NCBI GenBank assembly: GCA_913060675.1
Contig: CAJXUS010000017.1
Coordinates: 3,988 to 67,987 of the forward strand
Source of the DNA: an uncultured Rhodospirillales bacterium
GTDB taxonomy: Bacteria > Pseudomonadota > Alphaproteobacteria > Kiloniellales > Kiloniellaceae
Length of the DNA: 64,000 nt
Direction: 5' to 3'
Of the stretch, positions 18,364 through 28,672 are shown one piece after another; the stretch's first letter is position 1; each line of letters begins with the position of its first letter. The position numbers were made by a program, and so were the translations under genes. The notes below the pieces were generated by a model that saw only the letters and a list, made by a program, of their open reading frames with translations, did no database searches and was not told the origin of the DNA.

Positions 18364-18557
18364 GGCGGGCTTTCTGACCTATTAATTTAATGTACTTTAG
18401 AAGTGTGGGTCGTTAATACGCATGTATTACTCTTTTATGCAGTTTTTATACGCATAAACCACTCATTTTGCAGCCGATCATTTTTTTATCCGCCTTAAGA
18501 TGCTTCCAGTTAAGGAAGGATTTTCCTTTAGTATGATTGGTAGTTCAGGAACAAGTA

Positions 18558-19463
18558 ATGTTAAATACGCTCAAAGCAGATCAAAACACACTGACCATGG
18601 GGATCGTCTACGGCCTTATGGCAGCTCTACTTTGGGGGGCTTGGCCTGTTGTTTCCAGCCTTGGGCTCAAGGAAAACACTCTTACACCTTATGATATTAC
18701 CGCTTTGCGATTTGCCGTATCAGGTACCGTTTTGCTTCCCCTTATTTTAAGAAAGGGTGTAAAGGGAATTGGATGGCCTGGCGCCTTACTTTTTGCTTTT
18801 GGTGCTGGAGCACCATACATGCTCTTGACAGTAACCGGGCTTAATTTCGCCCCGGCCAGCCACATGGGGATTGTCGCCCCGAGCTGCATGATGACCATTT
18901 CAACAATTGGAAGCTGGTTTATTTTGGGAGATCGGCCCAATAAAAATCGTTTATTTGGATTGGCTGTTGTTATTCTCGGGGTGGCTATCTTGGGCTGGCA
19001 AGGGCTGACTTCTTCTGGTGAAAATCAGTGGATGGGACACCTCCTGTTTATTGCCGGGGGTGGCTGCTGGGCTTGCTATACCGTTGGAACGAAATACTTC
19101 CAAGCTGACCCTCTGCACGCAACGGCTCTCGTTGCCGTCTTATCGATGGTTTTCTACCTCCCCCTTTACTTCCTGTTTGGGGACCCTCAGATCTTTGACG
19201 CCCCTATAGAAGAAACGCTGTTTCAGGGAATTTTCCAAGGTTTTGGTTCTGCAATACTCGCCTTGTTATTTTACACCAAAGCCGTCGCCATACTTGGTGC
19301 GTCTCGTGGTGCCGTATTCGCTGCACTTGTCCCAGGGATAGCCGTCATTCTGGCGCTGCCTGTACTTGGAGAAGTTCCAACAATTGTTGAAATCATTGGC
19401 GTATGCGTTGTCACAATTGGTATGGTCGCAGCTCTTGGTTTGTTAAAGCTTAAGAAGACCTAG
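18558..19463 (+). CDS. EamA/DMT family transporter
   Basis: About ten TM helices in two repeats (ITALRFAVSG; ALVPGIAVILALPVLGE); divergent from the Lrp gene. Start placed at ATG 18558. Confidence 0.9.
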   Translation: MLNTLKADQNTLTMGIVYGLMAALLWGAWPVVSSLGLKENTLTPYDITALRFAVSGTVLLPLILRKGVKGIGWPGALLFAFGAGAPYMLLTVTGLNFAPASHMGIVAPSCMMTISTIGSWFILGDRPNKNRLFGLAVVILGVAILGWQGLTSSGENQWMGHLLFIAGGGCWACYTVGTKYFQADPLHATALVAVLSMVFYLPLYFLFGDPQIFDAPIEETLFQGIFQGFGSAILALLFYTKAVAILGASRGAVFAALVPGIAVILALPVLGEVPTIVEIIGVCVVTIGMVAALGLLKLKKT

Positions 19464-19574
19464 GACCCATTTTCCTTTTTGCGCCAAATGATTTCGTCGT
19501 TTTTAGTGAAGCAACATCTTGAGTAATTTGCTAGGTCTTTCGCTTTACAGGGAATTTTTAGGGAATACTGAGTA

Positions 19575-21575
19575 ATGTTGTTAGGGATTGATACCGGAGG
19601 CACCTATACAGATGCCGTACTATTTAATGAAGAAGACGGTGTTCTTCGAACTGCAAAGTCCCTAACAACCAAGCACAATCTTTCACTTGGAATTTATGAC
19701 GCGGTAAATACTATCCTGGACAACGAAGGCGACCAAATCCGAATGGTCTCCCTTTCGACTACTCTGGCGACCAATGCGATTGTTGAGGCGCATGGTAGTC
19801 CTGTTTGTCTCATCCTTATAGGTTACGATAAAGGGGCTCTACAGCGTTCTAATCTGGGCGATGCTGTCGGCAAGAACCCTTGTATTTTCATTCAAGGTGG
19901 ACACACACCTATGGGTGACGAGCTCGCGCCTCTCGATATTAAAGCCGTGGAAGATGCCGTAAAAGAATATGCTCCATCGGTTTCATCTTTTGCCGTTGCA
20001 GGTTATTTTTCTGTAAGAAACGCATCGCACGAAGAAGCCGTCCGGGACATTGTTTTCAAAGAAACAAACCTTCCCGTCTCCTGTGCGCACGAACTTTCTT
20101 CCAGCCTCGATGCCCCGAGGAGAGCCCTAACAGCCCTCCTCAATGCTCAGCTAATTCCGCAATTACAGCAATTGGTTTTAGCCGTAGAAACCATGCTGGA
20201 ACAAAAAGCCATCAGAGCACCTTTGATGGTGGTTAAAGGTGATGGTTCACTGATAACAGCAAAAACAGCACTTTCTCGCCCTGTCGAAACTATTCTTTCT
20301 GGCCCCGCAGCTTCGGTTGTTGGGGCCCATTATTTATCTGGGGAAGAAAACGTGTTTGTTGTCGATATGGGTGGCACGACAACTGACATTGCTGTCTTAA
20401 AAGATGGGGAGCCTCAATTGAATAAAGATGGCGCCATCGTTGGGGGTTGGCGAACCATGGTCGAGGCCGTAGCCGTTCATACTTTCGGGCTTGGCGGCGA
20501 CAGTGAGATTGCCATCAATTCTTCGACAAAGTCCCTATCCATCGGCCCGCGCCGCGTTCAACCCATCAGTCTTTTGGCCCTGCAATATCCAGAAGTCCTC
20601 TCTGTCATGGAACAACAGCTCTTAAATGACAGAGTTTGGCCAAATGACGGGCGGTTTGCTTTGAAATTGCGGACACTTGATGCAGGACTATCAAGCCTTT
20701 CTCGGCTAGAGCAGGAAATATGGGGTGGCCTTCAGGCAGGCCCGGTGGCCTTGAACACCATACTGGAAAGGCCAGCTATGGCTAGCCCTCTGCAACGGTT
20801 AATTGATCGAGGTCTTGTTATTGTCTCTGGACTAACACCAAGTGATGCAAGCCACCTACTTGGCTTCCAAAATTCGTGGGATAAAGAGGGCGCAAATTTA
20901 TCAGCTCAACTCTTCATACGACACGTCGAAAAAGAGAGCATACTCTTGGGCCTCACGCCTCAAATTTTAGCTGAAATGATTTACGAAAAAACCGTAACGG
21001 GCTCAGCCACAACCATTCTCGAAACAGCTTTATCAGAAATCAGCTATTCGCCACTCACTGATAATCAGAAATTGGGGCACGACCTCATCAATAATGCCCT
21101 AAGAGATAAAAGTAACGAAAGCCAACCCTCTGTCATTGATTTTTCAATCAACTTGGGAAGACCAATTGTTGCCACTGGTGCACCAGCAACAACTTACTAC
21201 AAAGATGTCGCAAAACGATTAAACGCCTCACTAAACCTACCTGAACATGCCGAGGTATCCAATGCTGTCGGTGCCGTAGCGGGTGGTGTCGTTCAAAAAA
21301 TATCCGTGTTGATTTCTTCGCCAGAAAAGGGACGCTACCGTGCCCATATCGGTAAAGATCAGATTGATTTCACCAACAGCGAAGAAGCTATTCAATATGT
21401 TCTGTCCTACGCCGGGAAAAAAGTAAGGCAGCTTGCACAGGAATGTGGAGCGGCAGAAATTACCGTCAAAACGGACCGCCAGGATAAAATCATTACCGAT
21501 GCTGGCGGCGACAAACTCTTTATTGAGAGTCGGATATTTGCCACAGCAAAAGGCCGCCCAGTTTTGGCGGCCTAA
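19575..21575 (+). CDS. Hydantoinase/oxoprolinase (HyuA/OplA-like ASKHA) family protein
   Basis: LGIDTGGTYTDAV, SLSTTLATNAIVE, ETILSGPAASVVGA, VDMGGTTTDIA, GLGGDS and SNAVGA motifs. Confidence 0.9.
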   Translation: MLLGIDTGGTYTDAVLFNEEDGVLRTAKSLTTKHNLSLGIYDAVNTILDNEGDQIRMVSLSTTLATNAIVEAHGSPVCLILIGYDKGALQRSNLGDAVGKNPCIFIQGGHTPMGDELAPLDIKAVEDAVKEYAPSVSSFAVAGYFSVRNASHEEAVRDIVFKETNLPVSCAHELSSSLDAPRRALTALLNAQLIPQLQQLVLAVETMLEQKAIRAPLMVVKGDGSLITAKTALSRPVETILSGPAASVVGAHYLSGEENVFVVDMGGTTTDIAVLKDGEPQLNKDGAIVGGWRTMVEAVAVHTFGLGGDSEIAINSSTKSLSIGPRRVQPISLLALQYPEVLSVMEQQLLNDRVWPNDGRFALKLRTLDAGLSSLSRLEQEIWGGLQAGPVALNTILERPAMASPLQRLIDRGLVIVSGLTPSDASHLLGFQNSWDKEGANLSAQLFIRHVEKESILLGLTPQILAEMIYEKTVTGSATTILETALSEISYSPLTDNQKLGHDLINNALRDKSNESQPSVIDFSINLGRPIVATGAPATTYYKDVAKRLNASLNLPEHAEVSNAVGAVAGGVVQKISVLISSPEKGRYRAHIGKDQIDFTNSEEAIQYVLSYAGKKVRQLAQECGAAEITVKTDRQDKIITDAGGDKLFIESRIFATAKGRPVLAA

Positions 21576-21623
21576 TGTAATATTAAGAGTCGACGGTATA
21601 AGAGAAAACTTAATTAAAAAAAG

Positions 21624-22040
21624 TTACCGAAGACGACCAAGGACGATCTTCTCCAACGTGTTAAAATCCCGATTTCCGATATTTATAAAACGGGCGCCTA
21701 ACTTTCCACGTTCTTGGTCGGCTCTACGAATCTCAATAGCAATCGAAAACGGCTCGGCTTTTTCTAAGAGAATTTCTATGCTGATAACATCTCCAACCGA
21801 AAGTCCTAGCCCTTCAATATCAAGCTTTTCGTCGTCATCAAGAACAACATCCATATCAGCATAATCGTCAAGATCCGCCTCTTCACCAGAAATACCAACG
21901 CCGCCAGGACTAATATCTTTAATCGTGACATCTTTACCATTAATCCGCGCATCAAGACCGTTTAGCTTAGCAGCCAGACTTACCGCGCGTCGGTGATCAC
22001 GTCTTCTATCTTTGTTATATACGGCAACAATCTTCGCCAT
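21624..22040 (-). CDS. Stand-alone PilZ domain protein
   Basis: RRDHR (RxxxR) and DISPGG (DxSxxG) c-di-GMP-binding motifs; C-terminal GARF. Confidence 0.8.
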   Translation of the reverse strand: MAKIVAVYNKDRRRDHRRAVSLAAKLNGLDARINGKDVTIKDISPGGVGISGEEADLDDYADMDVVLDDDEKLDIEGLGLSVGDVISIEILLEKAEPFSIAIEIRRADQERGKLGARFINIGNRDFNTLEKIVLGRLR

Positions 22041-22174
22041 AGATCCTGTAATCCTAATCTATTATTCACATCCCTACACATTATGAATAACATGAAAATA
22101 CTCAGAAAGCATTTACAAAACCCATAGTTAAGCATTAAGGATACAAAAGATGTTTTCTCAACTATGGCGGCCCA

Positions 22175-23140
22175 ATGCCTGATAAATCGTTCAATACTCT
22201 CGTTGAAATCAAGTGGAATAGTGTTTCTGTAAAAGAGTGGCGAGAGCTTATTCGTAAGGCAGAAAAATCAAATCTACTCCAGAGCTGGCCTTATGCTCAA
22301 ACTGCGCTTGTAACTGAACGACTGGTTGGTAAATTTGCCACCATCCATTACAACAACCGCATCGTTGGAATTTGCCAAGTTCTTGAACAACGTATGATGA
22401 AGGTATTTCACAAAGTACGTCTTTACCGAGGCCCACTCTGGTTAGAAAAAGATATTCCAGAACACGTTCAAAATACCTTTTGGTTAGAAATTCGCAAAAA
22501 ATATCCCAAACGACTTTGGCGCTTCACCTATTTCTTACCAGAAATTACAGATTCGGAAGAAAGCCGCTCTAGTCTTCAAAAATGTGGCTTCAATCGTATT
22601 GATACAGACGGTTATTCTTCTATTTGGCTTGACCTTCAAAAATCAGAAGCTGATCTTAGAGCTGGCTTAAAGTCCAACTGGCGAAATCAGCTCAACCAAT
22701 CACTCAAAAAGGGGCTTTCTCTCGAAATCGATACTCAAGGAACTCATTTAAACTGGTTGTTAGCCCTAAATGAAATGGACAAGCTACTAAAAGAATTTAA
22801 AGGACCAAGCCCGGCCCTGGTATCAAATTTAAAACGCTTCACCAAAGATCGTAAAGATTTCTTATTATTAAGAGCTATCGAAAAAGGCACGCCCGTTGGC
22901 GCTGTTTTAATTATTATTCATGAAGCAAGTGCGACCTACCTCGTTGGTTGGAACAGCCAAGAGGGGCGAAAACTAAGGGCTCACAATTATCTCATATGGA
23001 ATGCAATTATAGAACTCAAAAAACGTAATATTAAGTGGCTAGATCTTGGAGGAATAAACCCTCAAGAAGCTGCCGGTGTCACAGCTTTCAAACGTGGTAT
23101 TGGCGGGAAGGAATTTACACTTACAGGAAACTACAACTAG
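22175..23140 (+). CDS. FemAB-like/GNAT family acyltransferase
   Basis: LLQSWPY, RGPLW, SIWLDLQKSEADLRAGLKSNWRNQL, AHNYLIWNAI and LDLGG...GVTAFKRGIGG motifs. Confidence 0.8.
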   Translation: MPDKSFNTLVEIKWNSVSVKEWRELIRKAEKSNLLQSWPYAQTALVTERLVGKFATIHYNNRIVGICQVLEQRMMKVFHKVRLYRGPLWLEKDIPEHVQNTFWLEIRKKYPKRLWRFTYFLPEITDSEESRSSLQKCGFNRIDTDGYSSIWLDLQKSEADLRAGLKSNWRNQLNQSLKKGLSLEIDTQGTHLNWLLALNEMDKLLKEFKGPSPALVSNLKRFTKDRKDFLLLRAIEKGTPVGAVLIIIHEASATYLVGWNSQEGRKLRAHNYLIWNAIIELKKRNIKWLDLGGINPQEAAGVTAFKRGIGGKEFTLTGNYN

Positions 23141-23154
23141 CTTTACTCTCATAA

Positions 23155-24345
23155 TTAGAGACGGATTTTTTTACGAATTCGAACACCAATAAAATTACCG
23201 GCAAGAGCAGTAAATAACCAAAGCCAGCCGTGAATACTGCCTGAAGCAACACCACTAAAAAATGCTCCAATATTGCACCCATAGGCGAGACGAGCCCCAT
23301 AACCTAGCATTAGTCCGCCAATAAGAGCCGTGATAATCCCTTTCGCTGTCACATTTTGAGATTTTCCAAATTTTCCAGCCAGAAAAGAAGCGCTCATCGC
23401 TCCAGCAATAATACCGATATTCGTAGCTGAAGAATCGTGTCTGAAAATCGATCGATCCAAGGCCGCCATACTGCCTCTCCAATAGGGTATGTCCGAAAGA
23501 TCTACGCCCAAAAGAGTAACCAGTTTCCCTCCCCACAAGGTAATACCAGAAGTTATCCCCCAAGGATGTCCCAGAGTTGCCAGCATCGCAAAATTCAATA
23601 AAGCCAACGCAACGGCACCAAGAACCAAAGGCCATGGCCCTTGGGTTAACCTGAAGAGATAGGACCTTTTAGGAGCTGCAAAAGTTTTAGAGGGTAGTTC
23701 TTTTATTTCAATTTTTTGAATGAAAAAATAAAGTAGCACGAAAACGACGAGGTGGAGAGCCAGAGCCAATTCCCACCCCCAAAGAGAGACCATTGATAAA
23801 CGATCAAATTTAGGGAGGCTGTGCCAAAAGGGTAAATTAATCGTTGCGAGGACCGAGCCCAACATGAATGTCAGAAGCGTGACAGCCATGCGAATACTAC
23901 CACCGCCAACGGTAAATAGTGTACCACTTGCACAGCCACCAGCTAGCTGCATTCCAATGCCAAAGATAAAAGCCCCCACTGCAACGCCTGTTCCAGCAGG
24001 ATTAACAAACCCACCGACCCTGTGGCCAAAAATACCACCACTGTCCAGTACAGGAAAAAACAGGGTAACGACTATGGCCAGCATAATGATCTGGGCTTTA
24101 AGCCCCGCACCCCATCGATCTGTGAGAAACCGGCGCCAGGCAGAAGTAAACCCAAATGCTGCATGATAGAGACTTATACCAAGAGCCACCCCCAATCCTG
24201 TCGCAATGGCAGCGCGATCTCCGACAAATAGATAAAGATAGGTGACAAGACCCACAGATAGAATCAGGGGTAAAAACCTATTTAATGGTGTAGTCACTTC
24301 AGATTGAACGAGCATTAAAAGCCTCAATTTAAACGAATCTGTCAT
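23155..24345 (-). CDS. YeeE/YedE (TsuA-like) sulfur-compound transporter
   Basis: GMQLAGGCASGTL and GARLAYGCNIGAFFSG motifs; multiple TM helices. Confidence 0.9.
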   Translation of the reverse strand: MTDSFKLRLLMLVQSEVTTPLNRFLPLILSVGLVTYLYLFVGDRAAIATGLGVALGISLYHAAFGFTSAWRRFLTDRWGAGLKAQIIMLAIVVTLFFPVLDSGGIFGHRVGGFVNPAGTGVAVGAFIFGIGMQLAGGCASGTLFTVGGGSIRMAVTLLTFMLGSVLATINLPFWHSLPKFDRLSMVSLWGWELALALHLVVFVLLYFFIQKIEIKELPSKTFAAPKRSYLFRLTQGPWPLVLGAVALALLNFAMLATLGHPWGITSGITLWGGKLVTLLGVDLSDIPYWRGSMAALDRSIFRHDSSATNIGIIAGAMSASFLAGKFGKSQNVTAKGIITALIGGLMLGYGARLAYGCNIGAFFSGVASGSIHGWLWLFTALAGNFIGVRIRKKIRL

Positions 24346-24604
24346 TATCTTAGGCCCGATTGCCGCTTACTTCCTTTCACAATTTTGTCAGATGGCTGTG
24401 TGCACTAATTTTATGTAAGGGAAAGGCTGCGCAAAAATCGTAACCTTTCCGCCATTCTCAAAAACAAACTCCGATCACAGTGATCACAACCCTCCAAATC
24501 AGTCAGGTTTGACATCTTTTGAGCACTGGAAACTAACGGTCATAACATGCCATATGAAGTTTAGTTCTTAATCATTGCTCATAATAACTGCTGGGAGGCA
24601 TACC

Positions 24605-25969
24605 GTGTTGTTTGATTGTCGTGGACACGAAGTAACAGCATTAAATCAAAACGCCGTTGATCATTTCGACAACACTGTCTCTCTGTTTTTGGCTCATTCG
24701 AAAAAAACACCCGAAGCTCTAAGCCTTACGCTTGATACAGATCCTCAGATGGTAATCGCTCTTGTTGCCAAAGGCTTCTTTTATAAGATGCTCGCCAAAA
24801 TAACTACGGACCCTATTGCCCTAGAAGCTGTTTTCAAGGCTAAATTAAGTGTCCGAGAACGCGGTGCAAATCATAGAGAAAGAGAACTCCTCCAAGCACT
24901 TGATGACTGGTGTTACGGTGATATGGATAAAGCCATCTCTCGCCTCGATAACCTATTGGATGTCTATCCACTCGATGCGCTTACTGTAAAACTTAATCAC
25001 GCTTGTCAGTTTCTTCGTGGCAAAAATCATGGCATGCGGGCATCGACAACAAAAATTCTCTCTGCCTGGAATGAAGGTATACGGGATTACGGTTTTGTTC
25101 TTGGTTGTCATTGTTTCGGACTTGAAGAAACCGGGTCGTATGCAGAAGCAGAAAAAACAGGAAAATACGGTGTAGAGCTTGCCCCAAATGATGCGTGGGG
25201 TACGCACGCTGTAGGTCATGTTCTGGAGATGTCCAATAGGCCGACCGAGGGTCTTGCTTGGCTGAACCAGTATCAAGATGAATGGGAACAGTGTAATAAC
25301 TTCTCCTATCACATGCACTGGCATAAGGCATTGTTTCACCTGGAACTTGGCCAAAAAGAAGACGTTTTAAAACTTTACGATTCATACATTAGAAAAGACC
25401 ATACCGATGATTTCCGCGATATAAGCAACGGGGTTTCGCTGCTCTATCGCCTGGAACTCGAAGGTGTGGATGTTGGCAACCGCTGGGAGGAGATGGCAAC
25501 CCTATCTGCGAACCACGTAAACGATCACAGTCTTGCTTTTGCTGATGCCCATTATCTCCTCGCAATTCTGAGTAGTGGTAATCGTAATGCTGCAGATGCC
25601 TTCATAGATACCATGCAACAAAAAAGCTTGGGTGAAGGCACTTCACAACAAGTATTCCGTGATTTCGGAATGCCACTCGCCAAAGCAATTCATGCCTGCA
25701 AAACAGGTGACGATGATAAGTGCGTTGACCATTTATTACCCGTATTTGATGATCTCCAACAAATCGGTGGCAGTCATGCTCAACGCGACGTATTCCACCG
25801 ACTGTTAATCGATGCGACAATCCGTTCAGGCCGTCACTCAACCGCAAAAAACTTGCTTAGCCGTCGCCTAGAAGCCCGTCCAGATAATATATGGGCTTTA
25901 CAACGTATGGACAAAATTTCAGGTGCAGGAGACGTTAGTTCTCGTGATAAAGTGGAAATGTCAGCTTAA
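24605..25969 (+). CDS. TTC38-like tetratricopeptide repeat protein (paralogue 1)
   Basis: FGLEETG, DAWGTHAVGHVLEM, HMHWHKALFHLE, SLLYRLELEG and GGSHAQRDVF motifs. GTG start at 24605 with GGGAGG upstream. Confidence 0.85.
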   Translation: MLFDCRGHEVTALNQNAVDHFDNTVSLFLAHSKKTPEALSLTLDTDPQMVIALVAKGFFYKMLAKITTDPIALEAVFKAKLSVRERGANHRERELLQALDDWCYGDMDKAISRLDNLLDVYPLDALTVKLNHACQFLRGKNHGMRASTTKILSAWNEGIRDYGFVLGCHCFGLEETGSYAEAEKTGKYGVELAPNDAWGTHAVGHVLEMSNRPTEGLAWLNQYQDEWEQCNNFSYHMHWHKALFHLELGQKEDVLKLYDSYIRKDHTDDFRDISNGVSLLYRLELEGVDVGNRWEEMATLSANHVNDHSLAFADAHYLLAILSSGNRNAADAFIDTMQQKSLGEGTSQQVFRDFGMPLAKAIHACKTGDDDKCVDHLLPVFDDLQQIGGSHAQRDVFHRLLIDATIRSGRHSTAKNLLSRRLEARPDNIWALQRMDKISGAGDVSSRDKVEMSA

Positions 25970-26019
25970 CTGAATATCGGCTTAAATACTGTGAAAACGC
26001 GGCTACTGATCAATTTAAG

Positions 26020-27351
26020 TCAGGCCGCGTTTTCTAAATCTATTGGTGTCCCGTCTTGAAAACGACTTAGTTTAAATCGTTTCAGATCATGTCCCGGTGG
26101 CCTACCAATCAATAGATCGGCCATAACCCGTCCAATAGCTGGCCCAATACCAAAACCATGACCACTCAATCCGGCAACGACATGGAACCCCGGAATAGTA
26201 TCTATCTCAGAAATAATAGGCAGGACGTCAGGCGATGTTTCAATCATCCCCGCCCAAGTCTCAACAAAAGGGGTATTAGCAAGTTCCGGAACATATTTTT
26301 GAAGATGCTTGCGCATTTGAATCAACAATTTTGGATCTGGTAATGGGTTCAAGACGCGCGTTTTTTCAAAAGGCGTAATCTGATTTTCATTCCATCTACT
26401 TCTACGGCTGATATCTGAGAAAAATGATTGATCCAGTTTGAAAGAAACATCCTGAAAGGATTTTCTCATAAGCGGTACAAATTTTGGGAAATATCGAAAA
26501 CTATTGGGAGAAATATTATGTGTGGTGTGATCTGCCAGAGCTATTGTATAGCCACCATCTTGCCTTTTACGAAAGGCAATTTTTTCTGAAACGGCATTAC
26601 CCAGATAAAAGTTAGCTACTGGAGATGTTCTTGCAACACAGCCTTTAACCTTTAGCTGCGGGAGCGAAACATTATGGTGTCCTAGCAGTAGAGAAGACCA
26701 TGCCCCAGTGGCAGAGACAACCCGACGCGCTCTTACTCTCCCCATCTCGGTAACGACACCCTTTAATTTTCCAGCTGATAGGTCAAGAGAGCGGACAGCA
26801 CAGTTTTCAATAATTTTGACATCTAATCTTTGAGCCGCACGAGCCAATCTTGGAACCGCAATTCTCGGCTCAGCCCGGCCATCACTTGCTGTATAGATTG
26901 CACTTTTCCAATGACTATTGGTCTGGCCAAGGAGTTCATTGGTTTCTTTTGCATTTATGAGACGGGTATCAAGTTGATGTTGACGCGCAACATCAAGCCA
27001 TTGTTCATTTTCTTTCTGCATCGCATTTGTTTCAGCCAGATAGAGACATCCGGCTTGCCGAAAACCAAGGTCCTCGCCAATCTCAGCAGAAAGACCTTTC
27101 CAGATATGAAGGCTTTCTTTCATTATCGGAAGTTCAGACGAATGCCTACCTTGTTGACGGACCCAACCCCAATTACGGCTAGACTGTTCTCCTGCAACAC
27201 GGCCTTTTTCGCAAACGAGAACCGACACGCCCTGCTTACCTAGGAAATACGCAATAGAGATGCCTATAATGCCAGCCCCAATGACGACAACATCAACAGC
27301 TTCTGGCAATTTGTCCTTAAATGTAATTGGAGTTTTGTCACTTATTACCAT
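26020..27351 (-). CDS. FAD-dependent oxidoreductase, DadA/D-amino-acid oxidase family
   Basis: VIGAGIIG dinucleotide-binding motif, EQSSRNWGWVRQQGR, WAGMIETSPD, GLSGHGFGIGPAIG. Confidence 0.9.
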   Translation of the reverse strand: MVISDKTPITFKDKLPEAVDVVVIGAGIIGISIAYFLGKQGVSVLVCEKGRVAGEQSSRNWGWVRQQGRHSSELPIMKESLHIWKGLSAEIGEDLGFRQAGCLYLAETNAMQKENEQWLDVARQHQLDTRLINAKETNELLGQTNSHWKSAIYTASDGRAEPRIAVPRLARAAQRLDVKIIENCAVRSLDLSAGKLKGVVTEMGRVRARRVVSATGAWSSLLLGHHNVSLPQLKVKGCVARTSPVANFYLGNAVSEKIAFRKRQDGGYTIALADHTTHNISPNSFRYFPKFVPLMRKSFQDVSFKLDQSFFSDISRRSRWNENQITPFEKTRVLNPLPDPKLLIQMRKHLQKYVPELANTPFVETWAGMIETSPDVLPIISEIDTIPGFHVVAGLSGHGFGIGPAIGRVMADLLIGRPPGHDLKRFKLSRFQDGTPIDLENAA

Positions 27352-27772
27352 TACTCAACTCAATAAACACACCGAATGAAGATAGGTTTATACAGGATTT
27401 TTTTCAAAAATGACAGTCTTTGATAAAAAGGGAATATAACAGTAACTGTATAAATTAGTTATGTTAGTATAAATTCAATAGGTTAACCTAGGATCAAGAC
27501 CTAAGATCTTTACACAAAAATCACTCCACACATGCTATTACAATAGCTCTAAACGCACCAAGCATAAGGGTGTCGCGAACAAGGATCTCTGCCTCCTAAA
27601 AGGTGTTGTCGTTGCCTTTGAACTTTGGCAAGCTCGTATGAAATACGTACTTACAGGGGGTAGCGGTAAAAATGGCCGCAATTCATAATACAATTGGTTA
27701 TGACTGAGCATTTTGATACCTCCTTCATCCCAGCACCACTAAAATCCCTTACCAAGAAGCGCGATCAATCCT

Positions 27773-28672
27773 ATGAAATTAATTAGTTACAATATTCAAT
27801 ATGGTTTTGGAACTGATGGTTGTTATGACCTTGAACGCATTTCTCGTGTCATTGATGGTGCTGATATTATCGCCCTGCAAGAGGTAGAACGTCACTGGCA
27901 CCGTACCGGATTTGACGACCAACCCGAAATACTCTCCCGCTTACTCCCTAATTACTACTGCGCCTACGGGCCTGCATTTGATATGGATGCGAGTACTTTT
28001 GAAAAGGGCCGTGTGATTAACCGCCGACGACAGTTCGGAACGATGATATTTTCGCGATTTCCTATTTTATGGTCACGACTTCACACACTGCCCATGCGAA
28101 GGACAATTGCGCCTCTAAACACCCAAAACGCAGCATTAGAATGTATGATCCGTACACCATACGGCCCTGTCCGAGTGTTTTCACTCCACCTTGCTCACAT
28201 CGGCGTCGAAGAGCGCTTAGAACAAATCGAATATCTACTTGAACGCCACCAACGCACACCACTCGAAGGCGGTCCTTGGAGCGGTGCTGATGACGAAGCG
28301 CACCGCGACTGGACCCATGGAGAGAGCGAACCTGAATGCCCTCTCGACGCCATCTGGATGGGCGACTTTAATTCAGAACCTGGCAGCGCCGAATATAACC
28401 GTATTACCGGACAAACTCCGTATCATAAGGGAGCGACCTATTACAACGGGTTCACCGATGCTGCTATCGCTGCTGGGCTTAGTCCAAATGCCCTCCATAC
28501 CCACGTAAAGAAAATTGGCGGTCAGATACAGTTGAGACAACTCGACCACTGTTTTGTCGGCTCCATGCTTGCCTCCCGAGTTAGATCTGTTCAAGTCGAT
28601 AACAACGAGATTGCCTCTGATCATCATCCAATGCTGATCGACATCGACCTTGAAACTCCTTCGACATTATGA
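27773..28672 (+). CDS. Endonuclease/exonuclease/phosphatase (EEP) family protein
   Basis: SYNIQYG, IALQEV, MGDFNSEP, LDHCFV and ASDHHP motifs. Confidence 0.9.
   Translation: MKLISYNIQYGFGTDGCYDLERISRVIDGADIIALQEVERHWHRTGFDDQPEILSRLLPNYYCAYGPAFDMDASTFEKGRVINRRRQFGTMIFSRFPILWSRLHTLPMRRTIAPLNTQNAALECMIRTPYGPVRVFSLHLAHIGVEERLEQIEYLLERHQRTPLEGGPWSGADDEAHRDWTHGESEPECPLDAIWMGDFNSEPGSAEYNRITGQTPYHKGATYYNGFTDAAIAAGLSPNALHTHVKKIGGQIQLRQLDHCFVGSMLASRVRSVQVDNNEIASDHHPMLIDIDLETPSTL

Noticed and set aside
27352-27772. Glycine or other known riboswitch upstream of the DadA-like gene
   Set aside because: No recognisable aptamer core motifs were seen on either strand; the region is kept only as a generic sRNA candidate.
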